This document shows positions 31,717-42,540 of a stretch of DNA of 63,817 nucleotides, in pieces. Position 1 is the stretch's first letter; each line of letters begins with the position of its first letter. Made by a program: the position numbers and the translations under genes. This DNA is from a bacterium. Its GTDB lineage: Bacteria; Verrucomicrobiota; Verrucomicrobiia; Limisphaerales; JAJXZI01. Location: contig JAJXZI010000174.1 in the NCBI GenBank assembly GCA_021780115.1, positions 1-63,817 of the forward strand, given 5' to 3'. A model generated the notes under the pieces. The model had not been told where the DNA came from and did not search any database. It saw nothing but the letters and a program-made list of their open reading frames with translations.

Positions 31717-32469
31717 ATGAAGACGGCCAAGACTGTCTGCGCCATCCAACACGTCCCCTGCGAGACGTTGGGGCTGATCGCGGGCGCGTTAAAGCGGCAG
31801 GGGCTCGCCGTGAAACTCGTCCGGCCATTTCGCGGTGAGCGGATTCCCCGGAGTCTCCGCGCCTGCGCCGGCCTGGTCGTCATGGGCGGGCCGATGGGTG
31901 TTTATGAACAGGAACGCCATCCGTTCCTGGCCGGGGAAATCCGGTTGCTCCAGCAGGCGGTGCGCGAAGCAAAACCGGTCCTCGGCGTCTGCCTGGGAAG
32001 CCAGCTCCTGGCGGCGGCCCTGGGCGCCCCGGTGGCGCCCGGCCGGCGAAAAGAAATCGGCTGGCATGGCGTCACGCTGACGAACGCCGCGAGCGAGGAT
32101 CCTCTCTGGCGCGGGATCGAACGCCGGTTCGTCGGCTATCACTGGCACGGCGACGTCTTCGAGTTGCCGCGCGGCGCTGTGGCTCTCGCGCGATCGAGCC
32201 TGACGAAGAACCAGGCCTTCCGCTTCGGCGCATCGGCGTACGGCATCCTGTTTCACCTGGAAGTCGGCGCGAAGATGATCGGCCGGATGACCAGGACGTT
32301 CCGGGCTGAACTTGAGCAGGCCGGACTGGTAGGAGCGGAAATCCTGAGCGGCGTCGCCCAACACCTTCCCCGGTTGCAGGAGATCGGCACCGTCGTTTTC
32401 CGGCGCTGGGCCGAACTCGTGGCGGACGGTCCCGCCCCAGCGCGGTCGCCCCGCGTCCCCCGGTCGTGA
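31717..32469 (+). CDS. Class I glutamine amidotransferase (GMP-synthase-like/PuuD-like)
   Basis: VVMGGPMGVY, LGVCLGSQLLA (Cys nucleophile), HWHGD, FHLE. Confidence 0.88.
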   Translation: MKTAKTVCAIQHVPCETLGLIAGALKRQGLAVKLVRPFRGERIPRSLRACAGLVVMGGPMGVYEQERHPFLAGEIRLLQQAVREAKPVLGVCLGSQLLAAALGAPVAPGRRKEIGWHGVTLTNAASEDPLWRGIERRFVGYHWHGDVFELPRGAVALARSSLTKNQAFRFGASAYGILFHLEVGAKMIGRMTRTFRAELEQAGLVGAEILSGVAQHLPRLQEIGTVVFRRWAELVADGPAPARSPRVPRS

Positions 32470-32476
32470 ACACCCT

Positions 32477-33631
32477 ATGAGCGAACCCAATCGGAAGCTG
32501 AAACCAGCCACGTTGTGCGTCCATGCCGGCACGCATCTGGACGCCGGCACCGGCGGAGTCTGCAGCCCCATCTTCCCCTCCAGCGCCTACGCGTACCCGA
32601 ATCCCGCCGTCGGCGAGAACATCTATCCCCGCTATTTCAACGTGCCCAACCAGCGCGTCGTCGCCCGCAAGCTGGCGGCGCTGGAGAAAGGTGAAGCCGG
32701 CTTGGTTTTCGCTTCCGGCATGGCGGCGATCTCGACGGTGCTCTTCGCGCACCTGAAGCCCGGCGATCACGCCGTCTTCCAGGCCGACCTCTACGGCGGC
32801 ACCTACCATTTCGTCACGGCCGAGTTGGTCCGTTTCGGCATCGAGATCTCCTTCGCCCGCAAGGCGGAGGACTTCGTCGCGTCCACCCGGCCCAACACGC
32901 GGCTGCTTTACGTCGAGTCGCCGTCCAATCCGCTGCTGAGCATCATGGACTTGGCGGCCGTGGCCAAGCTGGGCCGCGCCCACGGCCTGCTGACGGTCAT
33001 CGACAACACGTTCGCGACTCCGATCAATCAGAACCCGATTGAACTGGGCTTCGACGTCGTTGTGCATAGCGGCACCAAATACCTCAACGGCCACAGCGAC
33101 GTGAATTGCGGCGCGGTCGTTTCCTCGCCGCTGGTGATCCGTCGTGTGACCGAGTGCGCGGTGAACCACGGCGGGACACTGGACGCGCACGCCTGTTACC
33201 AACTCGAACGGGGTTTGAAAACGCTGGCCCTGCGCGTGAAGCAGCAAAACGAAAACGCCGGCCGCCTGGCCCGGTTCCTCCAGGCTCACCCGGCGGTCGC
33301 GCGCGTCAATTATCCCGGGCTGCCCGAACACCCGGACCACGCCGTCGCCGCCCGCCAGATGCGCGGCTTCGGCGGGATGTTGTCCTTCGAGCTGCGCGAG
33401 CCGGTCCGCGTGGCGGGACTGCTCCGCGGCTTGCGGGTGGTGACGCCGGCGTTGAGCCTGGGCGGGGTGGAGACATTGATTTGCGTTCCGGCCCAGACCT
33501 CCCACGTGAAGCTCTCGCCCGAAGAGCGCCAGCGGGCGGGCATCAGCGACGGCCTGCTGCGCGTGTCCGTCGGGGTCGAGGACGCGGAGGATTTGGTGGA
33601 AGATTTCGCCCAGGCGCTCGAAACGGCGTAA
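32477..33631 (+). CDS. Cys/Met metabolism PLP-dependent enzyme (cystathionine gamma-lyase/synthase family)
   Basis: FASGMAAI, YGGT, ESPSNP, IDNTFATP, HSGTKYLNGHSD, SLGGVE, LLRVSVGVED. Confidence 0.92.
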   Translation: MSEPNRKLKPATLCVHAGTHLDAGTGGVCSPIFPSSAYAYPNPAVGENIYPRYFNVPNQRVVARKLAALEKGEAGLVFASGMAAISTVLFAHLKPGDHAVFQADLYGGTYHFVTAELVRFGIEISFARKAEDFVASTRPNTRLLYVESPSNPLLSIMDLAAVAKLGRAHGLLTVIDNTFATPINQNPIELGFDVVVHSGTKYLNGHSDVNCGAVVSSPLVIRRVTECAVNHGGTLDAHACYQLERGLKTLALRVKQQNENAGRLARFLQAHPAVARVNYPGLPEHPDHAVAARQMRGFGGMLSFELREPVRVAGLLRGLRVVTPALSLGGVETLICVPAQTSHVKLSPEERQRAGISDGLLRVSVGVEDAEDLVEDFAQALETA

Positions 33632-33713
33632 ACAGCGTGAGGCCAAAGTCCGGCGTTCGGGCGCCTTGCTCGCGCATTGTCAGCGGCGGTCGCGGCGCTA
33701 TAGTCCCGGCGCC

Positions 33714-35174
33714 ATGGCTGTCGAGAACCGCATCATCAAAATCCAGAAGCGGAACCGCGCGCTGGTGACGTTCGACGCGGGCCGCATCCGGCAGGCGATC
33801 CTGCGCGCGGCGCAGTCCATCGGCGGCTTTGCGTCGGACCATCTGCCGGAGATCAACGGCCGGATTTTCGACGCCCACCCGTCCGATGACGCCCTCGCCG
33901 GCTTCCTGGCCGACATGGTAGTCGTCTGCCTCAACGCCGACCCGCACCATCTGATCTCGAACTTTCCGCCGACCATCGAGACGATCCAGGATCAAGCGCT
34001 TCACGCCCTGCGCAGCTATGGTTTTCAGAACACGGCGGACGCTTACGCCTGTTACCGCTGGGGCCGCCACTGGCTCCGCGAAGGCGCGCTGCGCCCCGAC
34101 CAGTTTGCCGGCAATGGCTTCCCGGCGGAGCGGATGGCGCAGACGCTGGCGTGGAACCAGGCGCGCGGCTGCCACACCATCGCCGGCCTCAACGAGATCG
34201 TCCGGCGCGGGAAAATCAAGACGCTGATCGAGGAGTCCACCGCGTCTTACGAGACGGCGCTGGACGAGGCCGCCCAGCGGTTCCTAGCCCGCCTCAATGC
34301 CGGCGACCGCATCCGGTTGCTCTGGGTGGCGGGGCCGAGTTCTTCGGGCAAGACGACCACTACGGTCAAACTCACCCAGCGGCTGGAGAAGCAGGGAGTG
34401 CGTTTCCTGATGCTCAACCTGGACGACTACTTCTGGTCGCTGATTGAGCACCCGACCGATTGGATCAACGACCGCAACTTCGAGACGCCCGAGGCGCTGG
34501 ACATCCAGTTGCTCAACCAGCACCTCCGCGAACTGCTGGACGGCCGGACCATCGAGAAACCCAGCTACAGCTTCAAGCAGGGCCGGCGACTGGCCCCGAA
34601 ACCCGTCCGCCTGGAGCCCGACCAGGTGCTGCTGCTCGACTGCCTCCACGGGCTGTACCCGCCGATCACCGAGGGCATTGACCCCGCGGCGCAGTTCCGG
34701 CTCTACCTTGAGACGTTGAACGTGCTCGACGAGGGCGACGGCAGCACGCCGCGGCGGACGAAGTTCACCGACGTGCGGCTGCTCCGGCGCATGGTGCGCG
34801 ACGCCGTCCACCGCAACCACAGCCCGCTGCTCACCCTCCTCCACTGGCATTACGTCCGCGCCGGGGAACTGTTCAGCATCCTTCCGCTGCGGGGACTGTG
34901 CGACTGCGTGATCAACGGCGGCTTCGCCTTCGACCTGCCCGCGCTGAAGCCGTTCTTCAGCGGGCCGGCGAGCCTGCTGCCGCCCCCGGAAGACCTCGCG
35001 GCGTACCCCGGTTTCCTCGACGCCCGCATCCGCTACGAGCGCGTCCGCCGGCTGCTCGAAGCGGTGGAAGGTCTGACCCGCGAGCAAGCCGCCTCCCGTG
35101 AACTCATCCCCGGCGACGCCGTGGTGCGAGAGTTCATCGGGGGCAGCACGATCCAGATTCCGCACAATGAATAA
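33714..35174 (+). CDS. ATP-cone domain fused to uridine-kinase-like P-loop kinase
   Basis: N-terminal IQKRNRALVTFDAGRIRQAILRAA (ATP cone); AGPSSSGKTTT, LDDYF, FETPEALD, DVRLLRRMVRD. Confidence 0.8.
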   Translation: MAVENRIIKIQKRNRALVTFDAGRIRQAILRAAQSIGGFASDHLPEINGRIFDAHPSDDALAGFLADMVVVCLNADPHHLISNFPPTIETIQDQALHALRSYGFQNTADAYACYRWGRHWLREGALRPDQFAGNGFPAERMAQTLAWNQARGCHTIAGLNEIVRRGKIKTLIEESTASYETALDEAAQRFLARLNAGDRIRLLWVAGPSSSGKTTTTVKLTQRLEKQGVRFLMLNLDDYFWSLIEHPTDWINDRNFETPEALDIQLLNQHLRELLDGRTIEKPSYSFKQGRRLAPKPVRLEPDQVLLLDCLHGLYPPITEGIDPAAQFRLYLETLNVLDEGDGSTPRRTKFTDVRLLRRMVRDAVHRNHSPLLTLLHWHYVRAGELFSILPLRGLCDCVINGGFAFDLPALKPFFSGPASLLPPPEDLAAYPGFLDARIRYERVRRLLEAVEGLTREQAASRELIPGDAVVREFIGGSTIQIPHNE

Positions 35175-35232
35175 CGCGCGGCGTCCGCGGCCCGTCCCTT
35201 GGGCTAACAAGTTCCGCGCGCCAGAAATCCGA

Positions 35233-36195
35233 ATGCCTTACATGCTTCTCAAACCTCCCCGCCTCGAGTTCGGCGACACCGTCGGCATCGCCGCTCCCGC
35301 CAGTCCCCCCGGCGATCCCGGCGTGATTGACCGCTCGGTCGCCGCGCTGGAGCGCCTGGGTTTCCGCGCCCGGCTCGCGCCCCACGTGCGTCGGCGCCGG
35401 GGTTTCCTGGCGGGCAGCGACCGCGAGCGGGCCGGCGACTTGATGCAACTGTTCCGCGACCCGAAGGTGAAGGCGATCATCTGCCTGCGCGGCGGTTACG
35501 GGGCCGGCCGTTTGCTCCCGCTGCTTGACTACGCGGCGATCCGGTCGCATCCGAAAATCTTCGTCGGCTACAGCGACATCACCGCGCTGCACTGCGCGCT
35601 GCTCGCTCGCGCCGGCCTCGTCTCGTTCCACGGCCCGACGATGAACTCGGATTTGGTGAAGGAGGATTTGCCGGAGTTCACGCTGCGCAGCCTCCTGCGA
35701 ACCGTCATGGAACCGACGGCGCCGGGTGGCATCAAGCAAGGGTACGGCGGCCACACGGTGTCCGTGCTGCGCGGCGGCCAGGCGGAAGGACGGCTCGTGG
35801 GCGGGAACCTGTCCCTGCTCTGCTCGCTGGTGGGAACGCCGTTCCTGCCCGACTTCCGGAAGCGAATTCTCTTTCTGGAAGACCTCGCCGAGCCGCCCTA
35901 CCGCTTCGACCGGATGCTCACGCACCTGCTGAACGCGGGCTTGTTGCCGCGCGTCGCCGGCGTTGCGGTGGGCCTCAACCGGCACTGCCACGATCCCAAG
36001 GCGCGGAAAGCGAAGGAGTACCGGCAGACGCTGGAGGACGTGCTCCGCGACCGGCTGCTGCCGCTGAAAGTGCCGGTGGTGGCGGGTCTGCCGTTCGGTC
36101 ATGTGCGGCTCAATGCCACGCTGCCCGTCGGCGTGCCCGCCCGGCTCGATGGCGACGCCGGCGATCTGAGCCTCCTCGCCCCCGCCGTGCGGTGA
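35233..36195 (+). CDS. LD-carboxypeptidase (peptidase S66)
   Basis: LAGSDRERA, RGGYG, GYSDIT (Ser), GGNLS, LFLED (Glu), FGH (His). Confidence 0.92.
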   Translation: MPYMLLKPPRLEFGDTVGIAAPASPPGDPGVIDRSVAALERLGFRARLAPHVRRRRGFLAGSDRERAGDLMQLFRDPKVKAIICLRGGYGAGRLLPLLDYAAIRSHPKIFVGYSDITALHCALLARAGLVSFHGPTMNSDLVKEDLPEFTLRSLLRTVMEPTAPGGIKQGYGGHTVSVLRGGQAEGRLVGGNLSLLCSLVGTPFLPDFRKRILFLEDLAEPPYRFDRMLTHLLNAGLLPRVAGVAVGLNRHCHDPKARKAKEYRQTLEDVLRDRLLPLKVPVVAGLPFGHVRLNATLPVGVPARLDGDAGDLSLLAPAVR

Positions 36196-36458
36196 AGTGA
36201 ACCGGAGCGCACGCGAGATTCGTCGCTCCGCCAGCCCGACGGAGGCGGTTGCCACCGACGACGCATCGTTTCGCCAGAGGCTGAGGCCTTTCCCAGGCGT
36301 CGGCTTTAACTTGCTGTCTCAATGGGATGGCTCTGATCGAGATTCAAAAGTTGTGAGAAGCGGGTATTGTCGCTCGGAGCCGTGGACGTGAAGAGTCTGG
36401 TCCTCAGTATCAGGTAATTTTCTTGCGATATCCGGAACTTCCCACTAACAAAACTGCC

Positions 36459-38138
36459 ATGAAGACACTCCTTGGTCTCGTCTCAGGCCTCCAGCTTCTT
36501 GTGCTAAGGAAGCAGCGTCCGGGATTCGGAATCCGATCTTCGATTTCCAGTGCATTTGCCTTTTCCACTCTGCTTGCCCTACCTCTGGTCTCCGTTCGCG
36601 GGCAGACCGCGGACGACTTCAACCCCGGTGCCGACAATCGTGTCTATGCCACTGCCGTGCAGCCGGACGGCAAGATTCTGGTTGGCGGATACTTCACGAC
36701 GCTTGGAGGGCAAGGCCGTTCATACATCGGCCGACTTTCCTCGGACGGCAGCGTGGATGCGGCGTTTAATCCAGGCGCCAGTGCGGAAGTCGAATGTTTG
36801 GCCGTACAATCTGATGGCAGGATTCTGGTTGCGGGCAACTTCAAGATGCTCGGCGGCCAGAGTTGCAATAAACTTGGCCGGCTGATGCCGGACGGCGTCA
36901 TCGACGCTTCCTTTAGTTCAGCGGCCGATTCTGTTGTCTATTGCCTGGCCATACAGGCGGATGGGAAGGTTGTCGTTGGAGGCTGCTTCACGATGCTGGG
37001 GGCGCAGAAGCGGTCGAATATTGGACGTCTCAACGCGGACGGCAGCGTTGACATGTCCTTCAATCCAGGGGCCAATGGCTGCGTCGAGTCCCTCGCGATG
37101 CAGGCAGATGGGAGAATTCTCGTAGGAGGCTTCTTCACCGTACTGGGTGGGAAGAGTCGCCCATGCATAGGACGACTGAATTCCGATGGAACCATTGATC
37201 CCGCGTTCAATCCCGGGATCGCAGGGCCGATGTCATTTCCTTACGTAAGCAGCTTAGCGGTGCAAGCAGACGGGAAGATTCTGGTTGGGGGATCCTTCAC
37301 CTCGTTGGGCGGGCAGAGCCGCACAAACATTGGCCGATTGAACGCGGACGGGAGTCCTGATCTGCTATTCAACCCCGGCGCTGGTGGTCCCGTTGCCAGT
37401 TTTGGGATCCAGGCAGACGGAAGCATTTTGGTCGGTGGTTTCTTCGCCACATTTGGCGGCCAGAACCGGTGGAACATTGCGCGGCTCTTCCAAGACGGTA
37501 GCCTCGATACTTCCTTCGCCCCGGCAGCGACGCCCTCATATGTTTCTGCTCTCGCAGTGCAGGCGGACGGGAGGATCCTGGTAGGAGGCTGGTTCACCAC
37601 ACTGGCAGACCAGGGCCGCAGTAACCTCGGTCGGCTCAACAACTCTGGATCGCCGAATGACAGCCTAGTATTCGACAACTCAACCGTCAGTTGGCTGCGA
37701 GGGGGCACTGCGCCAGAAGTCGGGCGCACGGCGTTGGACTACTCGACGAATGGTATAGACTGGATAGCACTCGGACCCGGTGCCCGCATTGCGGGCGGCT
37801 GGCAACTGAGCGGCTTGTCTTTGCCGGCTCAAGCCGCCGTCCGCGCCCGAGGTTTCGTGACAGGCGGCTCCGGCAACGGTTCGAGTTGGTTCGTGGAGAC
37901 GCGGGCGGTGACGCCGCCGAAACTGGCGGCACTTGGCGTTGGCACCAACGGCTTTCGCTTCACCTTCGAGAGCGTAGCGGGCGCAACCTACGTGACCGAA
38001 ACCTGCGACGGTCCCGTCGCCGGCACCTGGAACACCTTGGAGCAGCGCACCGGCGCCGGCGCGCTGGAGACGGTGGCGGACCCGTCGCCGGGCGGGGGCA
38101 CGCGCTTCTACCGCGTCCGGGCGGCGCCTCCTCCGTAG
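36459..38138 (+). CDS. Secreted delta-60 repeat beta-propeller protein with C-terminal FYRV domain
   Basis: Six repeats like AVQPDGKILVGG.FT.LGGQ.R..IGRL..DGS.D..FNPGA; ends GTRFYRVRAAPPP. Confidence 0.88.
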   Translation: MKTLLGLVSGLQLLVLRKQRPGFGIRSSISSAFAFSTLLALPLVSVRGQTADDFNPGADNRVYATAVQPDGKILVGGYFTTLGGQGRSYIGRLSSDGSVDAAFNPGASAEVECLAVQSDGRILVAGNFKMLGGQSCNKLGRLMPDGVIDASFSSAADSVVYCLAIQADGKVVVGGCFTMLGAQKRSNIGRLNADGSVDMSFNPGANGCVESLAMQADGRILVGGFFTVLGGKSRPCIGRLNSDGTIDPAFNPGIAGPMSFPYVSSLAVQADGKILVGGSFTSLGGQSRTNIGRLNADGSPDLLFNPGAGGPVASFGIQADGSILVGGFFATFGGQNRWNIARLFQDGSLDTSFAPAATPSYVSALAVQADGRILVGGWFTTLADQGRSNLGRLNNSGSPNDSLVFDNSTVSWLRGGTAPEVGRTALDYSTNGIDWIALGPGARIAGGWQLSGLSLPAQAAVRARGFVTGGSGNGSSWFVETRAVTPPKLAALGVGTNGFRFTFESVAGATYVTETCDGPVAGTWNTLEQRTGAGALETVADPSPGGGTRFYRVRAAPPP

Positions 38139-38500
38139 CCCCGCACCCGTCACGGCCCACCGCCACGGCGGTTCCAGGATTGCCGCCAGATCCTGAAAGC
38201 TGTCCTGCGCAGGCGGTGGGAGGCGCGGAACCCGTTGGTGTTGGCGGCGGCGGAGCGGTGCTCGCCGAGTGAGGAGCGGCCCCTGCGCCACGGTCCGGTC
38301 TGCTTTTCCCCGCCTCCATTTGAGCGCACACAGAATCCCGGCTTGGGAAGCTACCGACACCCCATCTCGCGCGGCTTGCCAAACCGCGAGAAGTTGGGGG
38401 TGCGGTCGTAGGAGGTATCCGTCGCCGGGTCAAGGACTTGCGTGTAACTTGTTGCGCGCAATTGCCTTCTGCGGGACGGAGGGTTTCGTCCGCCAAAGTC

Positions 38501-38568
38501 AACGAGTGCCAAGGAGTGCTAACGAGCGCCAACGAGCGGCGGCATTCTGGCAAGTTTGTGGCAAGTTT
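38501..38568. repeat. Four 10-bp tandem repeats plus tggcaagttt direct repeat (att-arm-like)
   Basis: aacgagtgcc/aaggagtgct/aacgagcgcc/aacgagcggc (38501-38540); tggcaagttt at 38548 and 38559. Confidence 0.7.
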
Positions 38569-38655
38569 CGGCCCGGACGAATTCTGAAAATTTCGGTGGC
38601 CGGCGTCCTCCGGGCCACGCACTCAGGGATGTAAGCTCGAAACTCGAAATCAAAA

Positions 38656-39849
38656 ATGAACACGACCGAATCGACTCCCGCCGAACGCCCCCACCATCCG
38701 CTTTCTCCTTCCACGCTTCAGTCCTTGGAGTGCTGCCCCTGTTACGCGGGGCGCAGCGAGGCCAACGAGGCGGCCATTCGGGGCACCCTTTAGCACGGAG
38801 CCACGGAAGCCGGCGCTGACGACGTTCAACTGAGCGACGACGAGGCGCAGACGGTCGTCCAGGTAATCAGCGAGCACATCCTGGAACTGGCCCCCAAGAG
38901 CTACACGACCGCTGTGGATTGTCCCCCGCCAGCCTCGCCCCGCGCGGCAGGAGGCCAGGACCAATCCGCCGTGCTGCTCCTGTCCGACACCCACATCGGA
39001 AAAGTCGTCAAGCCGGAACAGACCCTCGGCTTGGGGGAATACAACTTCCCGGAGTTCCTGCGCCGACTCAAGCGCCTGGAAGAATCCGTCTTCTCGATCT
39101 TGACCGACCACACGACGACCCGCGTGCCCGAAATCGTCGTGGCGCTCCTGGGGGACATGCTGGACGGCGCGCTGGACCACGCGGCGGAGTGCGGGCACGT
39201 CAACACCGTGCTCTCGCAGTTCTACCAGGGCGGCCACGCGCTGGCGCAATTCCTGGCCCGGCTCTCCACCCTTGCGCCGCTCCGGGTCTATGGCGTCGTG
39301 GGAAATCACACCCGCTGGCAGAACCAGCGCAAGATGCCGACCGAGAACCGGAACAGCAACTACGACATGATGCTCTACCTCTACGTCCAGGCGTTGGTCC
39401 GGGAGATTCCCCGGATCGAATGCCGCTTCGACGAACAGCCGTTCAGCCTGTTCGACGTGCAAGGCTGGCGGTTCTACGCCGGCCACGGGGACAACCTGCG
39501 GGGCGGCGACAAGATGCTGGGCATCCCGAACCACGCCATCGGACGCAACGTGGGGACCAACTCGCAGTTGTTCATCCGGGCGAAGCAGCCCCTCCCCAAC
39601 TACTACCTTTACGGGCACCTGCATCGGCCCATCACGCTGCCGCACACCAACGGCGAGGTCATCGTCAACGGGGCGTTTCCGGGGGTGGACGGCTACTCGC
39701 TCACGGAGGCGTTCAACTCCTCGCATCCGGTCCAGAAGTTTTTCCTGGTCCACCCGAAGTTCGGGCGGAGCGCCTGCTACGATCTGCGGCTCGACTTCCC
39801 GCCGACCGGAGAACCCTACAAGCTGGACTCGATGTTCGCCTGTAATTGA
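38656..39849 (+). pseudogene. Phage-like chimera: DUF2800/Cas4-like nuclease N-terminus (in-frame TAG) continuing into a calcineurin-like metallophosphoesterase
   Basis: HHPLSPSTLQSLECCPCY...AAIRGTL*H, then in the same frame LSDTHIG, LGDMLDG, GNH, HGD, GHLH; the phosphoesterase part (38914-39849) is open. Confidence 0.65.
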
Positions 39850-39882
39850 CGCCGGGCGCCCCAGCGGATAGTGTGAACGGGT

Positions 39883-40149
39883 ATGCTTACTAGAACCGAA
39901 GAAAAGCAGGTCTTACAAGAGGGGCTGGAACAGTTGCGGCGGGCCGTGGACACTCTGCGGCCCGCCTTGACTCAGGTGCGTCCGATTACTGAACGGGAAC
40001 GCGAGCACCGGGAGCGGGTGCTGTCATCCCTGACGCGCTCCGTTACGGTCGTCGAACTGTTCCTCTTGGATTACGCCGACCCGCCGGTGGGGAATCCCGT
40101 TCCACAAAGGTCCGCGGGAGTGCCCGACGGGAACGGCACCGCCGGATAG
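39883..40149 (+). CDS. Small hypothetical protein (prophage remnant region)
   Basis: 88-aa ATG ORF with helical character directly after the phosphoesterase; no recognisable motif. Confidence 0.4.
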   Translation: MLTRTEEKQVLQEGLEQLRRAVDTLRPALTQVRPITEREREHRERVLSSLTRSVTVVELFLLDYADPPVGNPVPQRSAGVPDGNGTAG

Positions 40150-40239
40150 ACCGGCGCTACGGAAGGGTTGTTGGAAACAATTCCGTTCAGCAACCGCCAT
40201 CCGTTAATCTCCGACTGGAAAAAGGTGCGCGTAGGGAGG

Positions 40240-40470
40240 GCACCTTGTCCGACTACTGGTCACGTTCGCAGAGCTTTTTCAAAGAACCGTCTTGGAGTTT
40301 ATTGAGACCTTACAAGAATTGGGCAATCTGGCGCGGTCGTAACGCCCGTCCTTGAACCCCCACAGCGCGTTGACCGCCTAGTAAAAATTGTCCCGCGGGT
40401 AATTTCGGGGTGACGTGGCCGCCAGCAACTCCGCCATTAGCGGGGCATCTTCTCCGAAGTGTTTCTTGAG
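40240..40470 (-). pseudogene. Decayed phage-like gene fragment
   Basis: [44 protein letters not shown], then a frameshift to QIAQFL*GLNKLQDGSLKKL; protein-like sequence with stops. Confidence 0.4.
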
Positions 40471-40646
40471 AAGCGTTGAAAAAAGCATTGCCAAAAACCG
40501 TGGCAAGTGTCAAGGGCGTCGTCAAAATACTCAGCAAACACAGGGCTTTTTCCACTTTGCGAAAGACTTGCCAAACCGCGGGATTTTGGAACAGTGTCGC
40601 CCCGGGGCTGGCGTTCGGGAAACGGCGCCGGCCCCGAACGATTTCC

Positions 40647-42260
40647 ATGAAATACATTTTTGTCACCGGCGGCGTGATCAGTTCGCTCGGCAAGGGTCTG
40701 ACCGCGGCATCCATCGGCACGTTGCTGGAAAACCGCGGCCTCAAGGTCGCGCTTCAGAAATTCGATCCCTACCTGAACGTCGATCCCGGCACCATGAGCC
40801 CGTTCCAGCACGGCGAGGTCTATGTGCTCGACGACGGCGCCGAGACCGACCTGGACCTCGGCCACTACGAGCGCTTCACCCACACCAAGCTCACCCGCCT
40901 GAACAACCTGACCAGCGGCCAGGTTTATCAGGCCGTGCTCAACAACGAGCGCGACGGCAAGTACCTGGGCAAGACCGTCCAGGTCATCCCGCACGTCACC
41001 GACGAAATCCAGAATCGCATCAAGCTGCTGGCCGAGACCACCAAGGCCGACGTGGTCATTACCGAGATCGGCGGCACCACGGGCGACATCGAGGGACTCC
41101 CGTTCCTGGAGGCGATCCGCGAGTTCGCGCAGGATGTCGGCCCGCACAACGCCCTCTTCGTCCACGTCACCTACGTGCCCTTCATCAAGGCGGCGGGCGA
41201 ACTGAAGACCAAACCCACGCAACAGTCGGTGGCCAAGCTGCGCGAGATCGGCATCGCGCCGCAGATTCTCATCTGCCGCTGCGAACGGCCGCTGGAGAAG
41301 GAGCTGCGCCTGAAGATTTCCATGTTCTGCAACGTGCCGTTTGAGGCGGTCGTCGAGGAAAAGGACGTGGACCATTCCATCTACGAAGTGCCGCTGATGC
41401 TCCAGCGCGAGCGCGTGGACGACCAGGTGTGCCGGGCGCTCCACCTGGACGTGCCGGCGCCCGACATGAGTCCCTGGCAGGAGATCATCCGCAAGCTCAT
41501 CGCCCCCCAGCACCGCGTGCGCATCGGCGTCGTCGGCAAGTACATCGAGCTGCAGGACGCCTACAAATCCGTCTATGAAGCCATTAGCCACGGCGGGATC
41601 GCCAACGATTGCGGCGTGGCGATCGAGAAGATCGAGGCCGAGGAAATCGAGAAGCACGGCGCGGACAAGGTGCTGGCAGGCGTGAGCGGCGTCCTGGTGC
41701 CGGGCGGATTCGGTGAGCGCGGCATCGAAGGCAAGATCCAGGCGGCGCAATTTGCCCGCGAGCGCAAGCTGCCCTACCTCGGTCTTTGCCTGGGAATGCA
41801 GATCGCCACCATCGAGTTCGGGCGGAACGTCCTCGGCTTGAAAGGGGCGCACTCCACCGAGTTTGAGCCGAACACGCCGCACCCGGTCATCGCGATGCTC
41901 GACAGCCAGCTCAAGGTCACCAAGAAGGGCGGCACGATGCGGTTGGGCGCGCAGCCGTGCCAGCTTGCCGTGGGCACGAAGGCCGCGCGGCTCTACGGCG
42001 CGTTTGTGGTCAACGAGCGGCATCGCCACCGCTTCGAGTTCAACAATGCCTACCGCGAGAAATACCAGAAGGCCGGCTTCGTCTTCAGCGGACTGTCGCC
42101 CGACGGCAAACTCGTGGAAGTGATCGAGCTGGCGGACCATCCGTTTTTCCTCGCCAGTCAGTTCCATCCGGAGTTTTTAAGCAAGCCGCACCAGCCGCAC
42201 CCGCTATTCCGCGGTTTCATCGGGGCGGCCCACCAGCGGACGCTCCACAGGCCGGCTTAG
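40647..42260 (+). CDS. pyrG: CTP synthase
   Basis: [57 protein letters not shown]. Confidence 0.98.
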   Translation: MKYIFVTGGVISSLGKGLTAASIGTLLENRGLKVALQKFDPYLNVDPGTMSPFQHGEVYVLDDGAETDLDLGHYERFTHTKLTRLNNLTSGQVYQAVLNNERDGKYLGKTVQVIPHVTDEIQNRIKLLAETTKADVVITEIGGTTGDIEGLPFLEAIREFAQDVGPHNALFVHVTYVPFIKAAGELKTKPTQQSVAKLREIGIAPQILICRCERPLEKELRLKISMFCNVPFEAVVEEKDVDHSIYEVPLMLQRERVDDQVCRALHLDVPAPDMSPWQEIIRKLIAPQHRVRIGVVGKYIELQDAYKSVYEAISHGGIANDCGVAIEKIEAEEIEKHGADKVLAGVSGVLVPGGFGERGIEGKIQAAQFARERKLPYLGLCLGMQIATIEFGRNVLGLKGAHSTEFEPNTPHPVIAMLDSQLKVTKKGGTMRLGAQPCQLAVGTKAARLYGAFVVNERHRHRFEFNNAYREKYQKAGFVFSGLSPDGKLVEVIELADHPFFLASQFHPEFLSKPHQPHPLFRGFIGAAHQRTLHRPA

Positions 42261-42283
42261 CCAGAGCGCTGCAATAGTAATGG

Positions 42284-42332
42284 GGGGGAACGCGACCGTC
42301 CCGGGTCGCCCCCGTTGGCGTCTCGCCGATCG
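42284..42332. repeat. REP-like double hairpin downstream of pyrG
   Basis: gcgacc-gtcccg-ggtcgc and ccgttggcg-tct-cgccgatcgg palindromes. Confidence 0.4.
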
Positions 42333-42540
42333 GAGCGGTTGTGGGCAACCTTGCGAAAGGGTCGTCCTCCGTGGCGCGAACCGGTGCTCCCGTTCCGTCC
42401 GGCGGGTCGTCGGTGCTTCCTGGAAAGGATTATCCCACTCGCAAAACCTGATTTGTGCTTCGCCGCCCCGGTCGCGCAGGGCTTCCCCCGGTAGAAACTC
42501 TTGGCGAGGCCGGTCCGCGCGTGCTAGGTAGAAAGAAGCA

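Noticed and set aside
38320..38400. Intact tRNA-Gly
   Set aside because: Only an anticodon-arm-like 12-mer; no D-arm or intact TTCGA T-loop
38501..38568. CRISPR array
   Set aside because: Repeats are 10-11 bp without spacers and there is no cas operon; the Cas4-like fragment is phage type
38656..40470. TAG-to-Gln recoding in the phage-like remnant (in-frame TAG at 38791 and 40378 where Gln would fit)
   Set aside because: The 40240-40470 fragment also has a frameshift and a TAA, and host genes such as pyrG and cysI end in TAG; CAG-to-TAG decay is simpler
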